A DNA stretch of 63,776 nt, the filler included, from Methanobacteriota archaeon (GTDB lineage Archaea > JACRDV01), in NCBI GenBank assembly GCA_024860865.1. It is 7 parts of 7 records of this genome, joined end to end, with 100 filler letters (N's around TTAATTAATTAA, not from the genome) between each part and the next. Parts side by side here need not be neighbours in the genome. Positions count along the whole stretch, not along the records: positions 1 to 25,188 come from JACRDV010000155.1; positions 25,289 to 31,778 come from JACRDV010000154.1; 5 more parts are not named here. The stretch is one strand, 5' to 3'. The translations under genes were made by a program, and so were the position numbers. The stretch's first letter is position 1. Each line of letters starts with the position of its first letter. The notes beneath the pieces are model-generated. The model searched no databases, had not been told where the DNA came from, and saw nothing but the letters and a program-made list of their open reading frames with translations. Below, one piece after another: positions 19,870-28,921 of the stretch.

Positions 19870-20757
19870 GTGAAAAGCTTGAGATATTGGGAGTATTATA
19901 CGCCTGCAAAGCCGAAAAGGGTAAAAGACGGAATTAAGCTGCGGTCCAGAGAAATTGGCTCTACTTGGTGGTCAAAGAAATGGCTCTCAGTTCTCGAGTC
20001 TTTCGGTTGGTCAAATAGGCTCCAACGCGGAAGAAGTTACGCGCGCCGCGGGCAGGTGATAGATTTCAAAATTAAGCCCGGCATTGTTAATGCAAAAGTG
20101 CAAGGGACCAGCCCTAAACCATATTCAGTAAGAATAAAACTTAACATGCTTTCAGATAAGCAGTGGAAAGATGTGATTTCTGTGATGAGTTCACAAGCAA
20201 TTTATACAGCAAAACTCCTTTCAGGCGAGATGCCTTTAGATGTCGAAAATGCATTTTTAAGGGCAAAGGTAAATCTCCTCCCAAAATCTAGAAAAGAACT
20301 AAAAACAGAATGTTCGTGTCCTGACCTGGCGAATCCTTGTAAACATATAGCGGCAGTGCATTATATTCTTGCTGAAGAATTTGATCGAGACCCATTTATG
20401 ATTTTTCATTTGCGCGGTCGAGCCAAACAGCAAATTCTTGCTGAGCTTCACAAAATGCGAACTTCCAACGCGGTACAACAAAAAGAGAATAAAGAATCGG
20501 TTAACACTATAAGAAGAGACAAAAAAGATTCTGAGATAATAGTACCGTTAGAAAAATGTATTGATAAATTTTGGTCTACTGGGGAGCGATTTAATACATT
20601 TGGTCTCTCTATTTGTCAACCGAGTGTGAATTGTGCACTCCTCAAGCGGTTAGGAGCGCCAACATTTTGGCGCGAAAAGCCAGATTTCGCAACCGAAATG
20701 GAACGTATTTATAAAATGATTAGCGACCGCGCAATAAAAACTGCTTTCGAGGTTTAA
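19870..20757 (+). CDS. SWIM zinc-finger protein (SNF2 partner)
   Basis: CSCPD..NPCKH SWIM motif and NRLQRGRSYAR; directly downstream of the SNF2 gene. Confidence 0.9.
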   Translation: MKSLRYWEYYTPAKPKRVKDGIKLRSREIGSTWWSKKWLSVLESFGWSNRLQRGRSYARRGQVIDFKIKPGIVNAKVQGTSPKPYSVRIKLNMLSDKQWKDVISVMSSQAIYTAKLLSGEMPLDVENAFLRAKVNLLPKSRKELKTECSCPDLANPCKHIAAVHYILAEEFDRDPFMIFHLRGRAKQQILAELHKMRTSNAVQQKENKESVNTIRRDKKDSEIIVPLEKCIDKFWSTGERFNTFGLSICQPSVNCALLKRLGAPTFWREKPDFATEMERIYKMISDRAIKTAFEV

Positions 20758-21187
20758 GTCCAAGATAATTGATGACCTTTTTTGCAGGTTATCTTTTCTT
20801 TGGTTTTAGAGATGTAATTCCTGAGTTTCTATAAATTCCTTGAGGTTGGTATCGTAACGATGATTACTATTTGGGCATTGAAGTGTATTTTCGTTTTCTT
20901 TAACTTCACTAAGGCCAGATCGCCTAAATGAAAATTTATCAAGTTGGCTAAATTGGTTAGACTTTGTCCATAGCAGACAAAATGTCTTAAATTCAAATTA
21001 TAATTTTAAATTTATAAGCCTCTTTGTTTGATTGGAAAATTATATTTTTTTATTGTGAACCGCAATAGATGGCTACTTGGTTACCAATAAAAAATATTTG
21101 CTGGAATCAGATGTGCAAAAAAGCTCTTGCGAATATGAATTTTAAATGAATAAAATTTAGTTTGAGGAATTAGGTTCCAAATTTTTT

Positions 21188-21589
21188 CTAATATGTTTCA
21201 ACTTGAACTCCAGGTATACTACTAAAGTGTTCAATATTTCGAGAAATAACTATAGAGCATCCACGTGTAAGGGCAATTGCTGCTGTTAACCCATCTAAAG
21301 TGCTAACTTCTTTTCCTTCTCTGGCTAGTTTACCCAGGATTTCCCCCGCCTTTAAAGCTGCTGCGTGGTCTAAAGGGAAAACTGTCAAGCGACTGAAAAG
21401 CCTTTCGGCTTGGCTTAACCTTAATCCTTGATCTAATCTTTTGCTCCGATAAATTCCATAAACTAATTCAAAAACGTTAATCTCAGTAGTAACAGTTCTA
21501 CCGGTTTCATCCAGTTCTTTTGCTTTTTCCAAGGCATTTTCGTCATTTCGGAGCAAGTCTATCAGAAAAGTTGTATCCAAGCACTTCAA
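21188..21589 (-). CDS. vapC: VapC/PIN toxin
   Basis: LDTTFLIDLL, EL.YG, DGLTAA and SRNIEHF motifs. Confidence 0.9.
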   Translation of the reverse strand: MKCLDTTFLIDLLRNDENALEKAKELDETGRTVTTEINVFELVYGIYRSKRLDQGLRLSQAERLFSRLTVFPLDHAAALKAGEILGKLAREGKEVSTLDGLTAAIALTRGCSIVISRNIEHFSSIPGVQVETY

Positions 21590-21828
21590 GTTAATTCAAG
21601 TCCCCGCTTTAACGTTTCGTCCAAAGTTTTTCGCATTTGTTTAATTCCAGTTTTAATCTCTTGAATTTCTTCTTCTGACATATCGCTCCAAAGCCCAGCA
21701 CACTCGCTCAGTTTTCCTCCTTTCTTAGCTAACCTAGCTATTGTCTCTGAGAAACTCTCTCCCTTCAGCTTTAATTTTAAAAGCAGCTCATAAACTTCTT
21801 TAGTTATCGATATAGTCTTAGATGTCAT
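21586..21828 (-). CDS. VapB-family antitoxin (DUF217-like)
   Basis: KTISITKEVYELL..LK..GESFSETI; overlaps the vapC start. Confidence 0.85.
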   Translation of the reverse strand: MTSKTISITKEVYELLLKLKLKGESFSETIARLAKKGGKLSECAGLWSDMSEEEIQEIKTGIKQMRKTLDETLKRGLELT

Positions 21829-22211
21829 ATCTATGTATACATACACATACACATTTTAATTTTTCGCTTTTCATTAAAAAAGGTCTTGAAAATTAGATGC
21901 CAAAGCCGAAAAACAATAAAATTAGTTTCATCAGTGTATAAATTAGCCAATTCCAATCCCAAATGATCAATATTGATTCCTCCATTAGCTCGAACTCATT
22001 TTAACAGCTTTCTGAACTCAATTAGACTTATTACAAGGCAAAAAGTTTGTAAAAACAATTCCAGTATTATTTGAACGAACGAACTTTCAGGAAATAAGAT
22101 TGTTATTGTAGTTTGACTCATCATTAAGCTATTAACCGGTAATTCTGGATAAATATACTTACCACGTTATTGTAAGTATCTTTTTAGTGCAATAAAAAAT
22201 TGGGTATAATT

Positions 22212-23309
22212 ATGGCGAGCAAATCTTTAAACTACATCATTGCGTTTGATGTGGAAGGCCCAATATTAAATCCAGCAATTGATTTTGCTTGGCTAAGTTT
22301 AAAAAAATTCGCAAAAGAATTTTATGAAAAAGTAAAACTGTTTGATGAATATGATGACTTGCGATGGGTTTATGAAAGAGATAAGAATGGACACTCAACT
22401 GGGGCTATGCCTTTGATTTCATTATGCGCTTGCATATGCAAATCGATTACTGATGAGGCATTACTACAACTTGCTAAAAAAAGTGTAATAGAAAATCTTG
22501 GAACGAAAGAAGTTCTTGACTGGCTCAAAGAAAAAGAGATTCCAGTTTATTTTGTAACAAGTTCTTATCCAGCAGTATCATTAATAGAGGGATATAGACA
22601 CGGAATTAAATCGTCACATATCTACTGCTCTGGATACCAGCTATCCGAAGAAAAGGCAAAATATTTCAATTTTAAGAGGGATCTAACCGAAGAATTGCGC
22701 GAAAGATCGCCAGTAAGTAAATTAAAGATGTTTCAAACCGAATTATCTGGGTTTTTAGGAGATTATCTCCAAAATTGTTCTGAATTGAGATCAGCATACA
22801 TAAAAAATAATGTTTCAAAAATAGAAACCTTGAAAAAAGAACAAGAATTAGTTTTCAAGAAAATACGAGAAAAAGAGTTACGCGAGGAGTTAACTTATCT
22901 TCTATACGAAGAAAAGGGAATAATGGGCTCCCATAATAAAAAAAGAGTCCTTCAGTCAATTTCAACATATGAAAATATAATATACATTGGAGATGGAATA
23001 GTAGATTGTGATGCTTTAGCATATTCAAAATATGGAATTTCACTGAATTGCACAAACGATTATGCTCTTTTATCATCTAAAATCAATGTTGCAACTAATA
23101 ACATTGCAAATATTATTCCAATTATTTCTGAGATAATAAAAGGAAATTTTAATGTTAATAAAATTAAAAATGACTTTACTTCAGATGAGATCAAAATTTT
23201 TTCCAACAATGATATTAAAAACAATTTACCCAATATTAAAAACATAAATAACTTTTTTAAATCCATTTTAAGAGAGAATACCAGTCTATTTGACCCAGTT
23301 GTCTGGTAG
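22212..23309 (+). CDS. HAD-superfamily hydrolase (COG4030/EhaR-like)
   Basis: FDVEGP motif I, VTSSY motif II, YIGDGIVD motif IV; very AT-rich. Confidence 0.7.
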   Translation: MASKSLNYIIAFDVEGPILNPAIDFAWLSLKKFAKEFYEKVKLFDEYDDLRWVYERDKNGHSTGAMPLISLCACICKSITDEALLQLAKKSVIENLGTKEVLDWLKEKEIPVYFVTSSYPAVSLIEGYRHGIKSSHIYCSGYQLSEEKAKYFNFKRDLTEELRERSPVSKLKMFQTELSGFLGDYLQNCSELRSAYIKNNVSKIETLKKEQELVFKKIREKELREELTYLLYEEKGIMGSHNKKRVLQSISTYENIIYIGDGIVDCDALAYSKYGISLNCTNDYALLSSKINVATNNIANIIPIISEIIKGNFNVNKIKNDFTSDEIKIFSNNDIKNNLPNIKNINNFFKSILRENTSLFDPVVW

Positions 23310-23354
23310 CAGAAATACGCAATCGTTTCATAAAATTCTTTGCCTTTTAGAGTC

Positions 23355-23433
23355 GAGGATAAACGAAACAGGTTCGGATTATTTCCATTCTTGGAGGCAT
23401 AAACGAAATATGTTCGGTTATTTTAAGTTAGGC
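23355..23433 (+). other. Putative attI-like recombination site
   Basis: Two imperfect direct repeats (23355-23384 and 23394-23423), each containing CGAA-N4-TTCG, followed by a GTTRRRY core GTTAGGC at 23427-23433 just ahead of the first cassette gene. Confidence 0.5.
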
Positions 23434-23474
23434 GAAAAACCTCGGCTTTCAAAAGGCACGGAGGTTAAATAAAA

Positions 23475-24330
23475 ATGGCAGTACCAGAGCAGTATCAATC
23501 TGATGTCGAAGCGATTCTGGCAAGGCGATATGACAACGGTGGTGATTTATGGGCCACACCTGATCGACGGTTAGGTAAGGGAAGCCCATTCTCTACTCTC
23601 GACTGCGCTATGATGCTTTGGGAGTTGGGAATGGATCCTTCCGAGCCTATATTGAAAGAGACAGCCGAGCTGATCTTAGGTGCATGGCGAGAAGGCGGAA
23701 GGTTCCAACTGGCGCCAAAGGGTGCAATAATATCCCTGTCATACCGCTACAACGGCGAGAATCCTTTGCCGCTTAGGATACGCTTCTGATAGCCGACTTA
23801 GGAGAACGTTTGAACATCTCTTGGAAATCCAACACAGCGACGGCGGCTGGCGTTGTAATACCTACAAATTTGGTAGAGGTCCAGAGACAACCTTTTCTAA
23901 TCCCGGCCCGACATTAGAAGCCCTGGACGCTTTTAGATTCACACATTTCCTCAATCAGGACCAGCGTCTTGATAAGGCAGGGGAATTCTTGCTTGATCAT
24001 TGGGTAACACGCAAGCCCCTTGGTCCTTGTCATTTTGGGATTGGTTCTCTGTTTATGAAAGTTGAGTATCCCTTTCTTCGCTATAACCTCTTTTTCTATG
24101 TTTATGTTCTATCTTTTTACAACAAAGCAAAGAAAGACCAGAGATTTCTGGAAGCGCTTCGGGTTTTAGAATCCAAGTTAGTTGATGGAAAGATTGTGGT
24201 CGAAAATCTTAATCGGAAGTTGGCAGGTTTTTCCTTCTGCAAAAAAGGGGAACCAAGTGACCTTGCGACTAAGCGTTACCATGAGATATTGAAAAACCTC
24301 GGTAGAGACCATGAAAAAACAAAAGTATAA
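23475..24330 (+). pseudogene. Prenyltransferase/squalene-cyclase-repeat-like cassette gene with one frameshift
   Basis: One extra A near 23730. Removing it joins the two ORFs (GAIYPCHTATTARILCRLGY...QHSDGGWRC). Confidence 0.75.
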
Positions 24331-24341
24331 CTGGGCTCATC

Positions 24342-24426
24342 GCATAACATAGCGTATCTGGCTTTGTGCCTTCGACACTCCGCCTAAATCCATACTGGTA
24401 CTTCAGATACGCTCGGAACGTTAGGC
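24342..24426 (+). other. attC-like gene-cassette recombination site
   Basis: R'' GCATAAC (24342-24348), perfect 10-bp inner inverted repeat AGCGTATCTG/CAGATACGCT, and R' GTTAGGC (24420-24426). Lies between two co-oriented ORFs. Confidence 0.75.
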
Positions 24427-24457
24427 GAAAGGCTGCCCAAAAATGGAGGTACAAACT

Positions 24458-25188
24458 ATGGCAGAAAAATTAATAATCCAAGGGTTTAAACAATTTGGAG
24501 GAAAGCATTGTCAGACCGCTGCATTGAGGAATATCTTGGATTATCATGGCTTGCATCTTTCAGAAGAGATGCTATTAGGTTTGATGGGAGGAGTTGGATT
24601 CGTTTACTGGTATATGAGACTTATGCCAGCTCCTTTTATTGGCACCAGGTTTGGGAAGCGTGAAGAACCTTTGATAGATGTATGCAAAAGAATTGGCGGT
24701 AATGCCACTATATTTCAAACTACAAGTGCTGAAAAAGGGTATGAGGAATTAAAAGAATTACTCCGTGCAGGAGAACCAGCTTATGTATTCGTAGATATGG
24801 CTTATCTTTCTTATATGGCTATTCCAGAAGTAGCTCATTTTGGTGGTCATACTGTCGTTGTCTATGGCTTAGATGAGCAAGAGGACAAAGTCTACATTTC
24901 AGATCGTGGGAAAAGTCCGGTAACAGTTAGTATAGAGGACCTAAAGAAAGCAAGAAATTCAAAATTTCCTCCGTTTCCCCCGAAGAATAAACTGCTGAAG
25001 GTAAAATATCCTTCAAAGGTTGGGAATTTGGAAGAGGGGATCAAAGAAGGAATTAAAGAATGCTGCGCAAATATGTTAAAACCACCGATAAAAAATCTTG
25101 GTCTCACCGGGATAAAGAAATGGGCGAGTTTAGTGCCAAAGTGGCCAGAACAATTTAAAGGAATAAATCTGTTCGGTTGTCTTTTTAA
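24458..25188 (+). CDS. BtrH N-terminal-domain protein, truncated by contig end
   Basis: GKHCQT..LRNIL, SEEMLLGL.GG and HFGGHTVVVYG motifs; GGAGG SD before ATG 24458. Confidence 0.75.
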
Positions 25189-25288
25189 NNNNNNNNNNNN
25201 NNNNNNNNNNNNNNNNNNNNNNNNNNNNNNNNTTAATTAATTAANNNNNNNNNNNNNNNNNNNNNNNNNNNNNNNNNNNNNNNNNNNN
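25189..25288. other. Artificial contig spacer
   Basis: N44-TTAATTAATTAA-N44. Identical spacers at 31779-31878, 40271-40370, 42381-42480, 51857-51956 and 60547-60646. Confidence 0.98.
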
Positions 25289-26125
25289 CAAATTTGCTTT
25301 ACTTTTTTGAAGATTCAAAGAAATATTAATTCAAAATACATAAGTTTATCGCTTAAAAAGACTGTTAACAAAATTATTTGAAATTTCAGATAAAAATTTA
25401 GCATAGTTAAGAACATTCTAAAACTTGGAATGCCAATTCTTTTAGAATGCCAAAACAAAACTCTCGTGAACGGTATCAAAATTAAGTGATCAAGAACTCC
25501 ACCACAGATGTGCGAGTTTAGGATTTAATGTAACTTTAAAGTTGAATTCAGACAAGAGGTTCCGGCCAACAAAACCCTCGCGATTTGGATTGGCAAGAAT
25601 TAAGGGACTCTTTTTCCAGTCCTTTACTAAACGGGCTGATAGAATTTTACTCACAATTTTTTCTTTAGCATCTTTTATACAAATTTTAATTTTCCTAACG
25701 AAGTGCCAGTAAGAACTTCCAAAGTGAATTCCTCGATGAAACTCTTGTAAAGTTGCGTTAGGAACAATTTTCTCACAAAATTAGTTTCGATGAGGCCGAT
25801 ATTCATCGGTAGCTAGTTTTAAAAAATAGACAGGCCACAGATCGTGATAAATGCCTGACGTTGGAACTAAAATTTTTTGCTCTCCGAACACATAAAGAAA
25901 TATTGGTACTAATATTACCTCCGCTTAAAAAAGCACCAAGAGGTAGGAATTTCCATTTTAATACCATCTGCTGCTTTCTACTACGTTTGTATAACCGAAG
26001 GTATTCCATTTTATCATCTCCTTGGTGCTTAAACTTGAATCCTTTATTTCTACGAAATCCTTCATTTCGGTTGTTTGGTGATATAAGAAAGTTTAAATAA
26101 ATTTAATTAAAAAGAACGCTCAAGT

Positions 26126-26383
26126 ATGGAATATGAGATCCTTTTGCATCCAGAAGTTAAGAAAGAATTTGATAAACTATCGAAAAAGCAGCAAGTAATA
26201 TTTCTTAAAAAATTGGACAAAATTAGGCAAAATCCAGAAATTGGAAAGCCGTTAAAATACGACCTTAAAGGTCGGAGAACTCTATATTTTGAAAGAAAAT
26301 TTAGAATTATATATTCTGTTGACAATGAGAGAAAAGATGTATTGGTTCTGAAGTTAGAACACAGAAAAAAAGCATATGATTAA
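26126..26383 (+). CDS. RelE/ParE-family toxin
   Basis: YEILLHPEVKKEFDKL, NPEIGKPLKYDLKG, FRIIY and HRKKAY motifs. Confidence 0.88.
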   Translation: MEYEILLHPEVKKEFDKLSKKQQVIFLKKLDKIRQNPEIGKPLKYDLKGRRTLYFERKFRIIYSVDNERKDVLVLKLEHRKKAYD

Positions 26384-26551
26384 CTATTTCTTAGGTTTTT
26401 TTAAATCTTCTAAAGTAATAAATTTACCTTTTCTAATATCCTCTTCTCTCTTATCAAGTTCTTTTATTAGATCAAGGTTTTTAATTACCTCTAAAGTAGT
26501 TATTATACTCTCATATTCTTTTTTTGATATCACTATAGATTCATTACCCAT
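26384..26551 (-). CDS. Putative RelB/Phd-like antitoxin (55 aa)
   Basis: Hand translation MGNESIVISKKEYESIITTLEVIKNLDLIKELDKREEDIRKGKFITLEDLKKPKK; below the ORF-track cutoff. Confidence 0.7.
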   Translation of the reverse strand: MGNESIVISKKEYESIITTLEVIKNLDLIKELDKREEDIRKGKFITLEDLKKPKK

Positions 26552-27034
26552 ATTAAAAATTAATTTCCTAGTTATTTAAATACTTAATGATTGCAACTCT
26601 AAAATTTCTCGGAGTGAGGCCTTCATTGCCCGGTTGTAGTGCAGACTTTTCTTAAAAAAATCCACCACTTTTCCTTTACAAAGCTCGTAAGCCTAGATGC
26701 TAGTTGAACATAAGCCCAATTTTAGAACATCTTCATTTCTTCCGGCCTAGCTAATCTAGGCTTACCAGTTCGTGGCGAATCCCATCGTGCTATTTCCATC
26801 AATCGGTCTTTTTTCTTTGGTATTTTCTTCAAAACAAATCTACCGTTTACTTTTTCAAATCTCACCAAAAATAGTTTATTTTTTTCATAATGAGTTATTT
26901 ACTCATTTTATAATAAATAGGTAACTCGGAAGCGATTCTCTAGGAAGCGCGTCAGTAACAAATTAGCCAATAATAATGAGCAATAAGAATAAGCTAAAAA
27001 TTTAAATGCTGAAATATTTTTTTGGAGAACTAAA

Positions 27035-27862
27035 TTAAACTGGTTTTTCAAGCAGCTTTCTTTTTCTAAGGACTTTTCCTTCAGAGTCATGAGGCGTTCT
27101 TAAAACCTCATCATTTCCTTTTTCAAGCTCATGTGCTTCATCTACAAGCTTCGCAGCATACCTAAGAATTTCATGCGCGGCTGCCACAATAGGGATATAC
27201 TTCTCTCTCTCTTTTAAAATGAAGCATCCTTCAACATCAAGAGCTGCCACTCTTTCAGCCATTTCATAAGCTGCCACTGCCTTAGCTTTTGCATATGGAT
27301 TTGAAAAGTCCGCGGCCTTAACTGCTAATTCTTTGTCAATTATAATTTTTGGAAGCTCTGGCTTCTTTCTAGCTTTAATAGAGTCAATTACTCCGTCAAG
27401 CTCGAATTGAACAACTCTGAATGCTCCAGTGATTGCCAATACTTTAATTATATCTGAATTAAAAATAGCCATTTCAGTTGGATCTAAAAATTCGCGCCGA
27501 GCACCGATCATAGGGTCGCCTTTGATTAAGATATAGCCAAGCCCCTGTTGCTCAAGTTCAGCTTTAATTTTTATACTCACAGCATCAGAAATCATAATAG
27601 TTGGAATTGCGCACTTTGACAATATCTCTCGCGCTTTAGTTGGACCATGAGTAGCAAGATTCGGGCTGACCCAAATAATTAACTCTGGCTTATATTCTAA
27701 CATTTTTTTAATTATGTTTTCTGTTTGCTCCGGCCCCATCTTTGCTCCGCTTGAAATCACTCTAACGTCTAAATCCTTGCGCTCAGCTCGCTCATCAAGT
27801 AAAAGATCAAGCAGAGATGATGTTCCAATAGCTCCAGATTTAATGACTCCAACTCTAACCAA
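27035..27862 (-). CDS. mtd: F420-dependent methylene-H4MPT dehydrogenase
   Basis: LLLDERAER, SGAKM, MIGARREFLDPTEMAIFNSD and RTPH motifs. Confidence 0.95.
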   Translation of the reverse strand: MVRVGVIKSGAIGTSSLLDLLLDERAERKDLDVRVISSGAKMGPEQTENIIKKMLEYKPELIIWVSPNLATHGPTKAREILSKCAIPTIMISDAVSIKIKAELEQQGLGYILIKGDPMIGARREFLDPTEMAIFNSDIIKVLAITGAFRVVQFELDGVIDSIKARKKPELPKIIIDKELAVKAADFSNPYAKAKAVAAYEMAERVAALDVEGCFILKEREKYIPIVAAAHEILRYAAKLVDEAHELEKGNDEVLRTPHDSEGKVLRKRKLLEKPV

Positions 27863-27967
27863 GATAACTCACAATTTTTAATTTCGAACCGAAAATTTCT
27901 TACAAAGTAAATTTATAAAAAAGTTAGCTCCAAAATCTTAAAACTTCCAAGAGCTGACTTGAAGCTA

Positions 27968-28443
27968 TTATAGTTCGATACTAGGCTCATCTTTTATTGA
28001 CGAAAAGATAACATTTGTTCGGGCTTCTTTTATCCCTGGTAAAGAGATTAATTGCTGCTCAACGAACTCTTTCAAATCATTCATATCTTTAGCTAGAATT
28101 TTGGCCACTATATCATATTCTCCAACTACTGTATAAACTTCCGACACTCGTTTCATTGTGCTCAGTTGTTGGGCTATGTTAAGAGTATCGTTTGCATTAG
28201 ACCGAATTGATACGACGGCTGAGATAGCATAGCCAACATTGTTAGGATTAACAAGTGCTGTAAATCTCCGAATTACGCCATCGCGTCGGAGTTTTTTCAC
28301 GCGTTTATTTGCGCTCGCCCTGACTAGCAGGAACGAAATACGCTAACGTCGCTTACTCCAACTGCCTTTCCGATCTCTACAAACGGTGTGCGGGCATCTT
28401 TTTGTAGGATTTCTATAATTCTTCTATCGAGGTCGTCAACCAT
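27968..28443 (-). CDS. Lrp/AsnC transcriptional regulator, two exons (28338-28443 + 27968-28308), 148 aa after splicing
   Basis: Exon 1 reads MVDDLDRRIIEILQKDARTPFVEIGKAVGVSDVSV. Removing 28309-28337 gives ...VSVYKRVKKLRRDGVIRRF..., an intact HTH plus RAM domain (VVGEYDIV); 106+341=447 nt. Confidence 0.88.
28309..28337 (-). other. Candidate bulge-helix-bulge mRNA intron (29 nt)
   Basis: Sense strand: GUUA-GCGU-AU|U-UCGUUCCUG-CUAGU-CAGGGCGA-GCGC-AA|A-UAAACG. Central 4-bp helix GCGU/GCGC, two 3-nt bulges, inner and outer helices. Carries an in-frame UAG. Confidence 0.8.
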
Positions 28444-28580
28444 TTTATCACCTGATTATGAAATCTAACTCTTATTGTTTTATGCACAAATATCTCAATT
28501 GTGATTTGATTTTCCAACCCCAAGTTTTCTACTGGAAAATTTATGCACCGATGTCATTTCGAATTTATTATTAGATTTTG

Positions 28581-28615
28581 AAGTATATAAGTTGACAGAG
28601 GTGGCCGGAAGTATT
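28581..28615 (-). repeat. 35-bp repeat, inverted copy of 31351-31385
   Basis: Reverse complement AATACTTCCGGCCACCTCTGTCAACTTATATACTT versus AATACTTCCGACCACCTCTGTCAAGTTATATACTT, 33/35 identical. Confidence 0.85.
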
Positions 28616-28921
28616 CTTAGAGTTAAGAATTCTAAACAAAGTTAAAGTTTGATTTTCGACTGACTGAGTACAACCACCAACATTCAAAGACTTTCATGTC
28701 TCAATAAAATTAGACTTCAAAAAAGTTATAAATAGCTTCTCTATAAGAATGGGGCTAGATAAAGGCTCCCTTGATTGAAATCCTAGAGTACCGAGCTTAT
28801 CTTGTTAAAATATCTAATATTAAGGAGTATTATTGGTTCGTAAAAAATGAAAGTTTGAATCGAATCTGATAAAACAAGCTAGAGATGACATGCTTCGTGA
28901 CTTGTAGAAATATTAAGTGAC

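Noticed and set aside
23720-23740. Frameshifts at about 23730, 1402, 50706 and 60113 as BHB introns
   Set aside because: Each is a single-base indel with no inserted structured segment.
25189-25288. Repeated TTAATTAATTAA within N runs (six copies)
   Set aside because: Artificial six-frame-stop contig spacer, not a biological repeat. ORFs ending in X...LIN are truncations.
25330-26009. Long partly open minus-strand frames
   Set aside because: Interrupted by stops and frameshifts with no family recognised; probably a decayed gene that I cannot call.
26720-26870. Short minus-strand frame VRFEKVNGRFVLKKIP...
   Set aside because: Possibly the tail of an AbrB-type antitoxin, but too short and incomplete to support.
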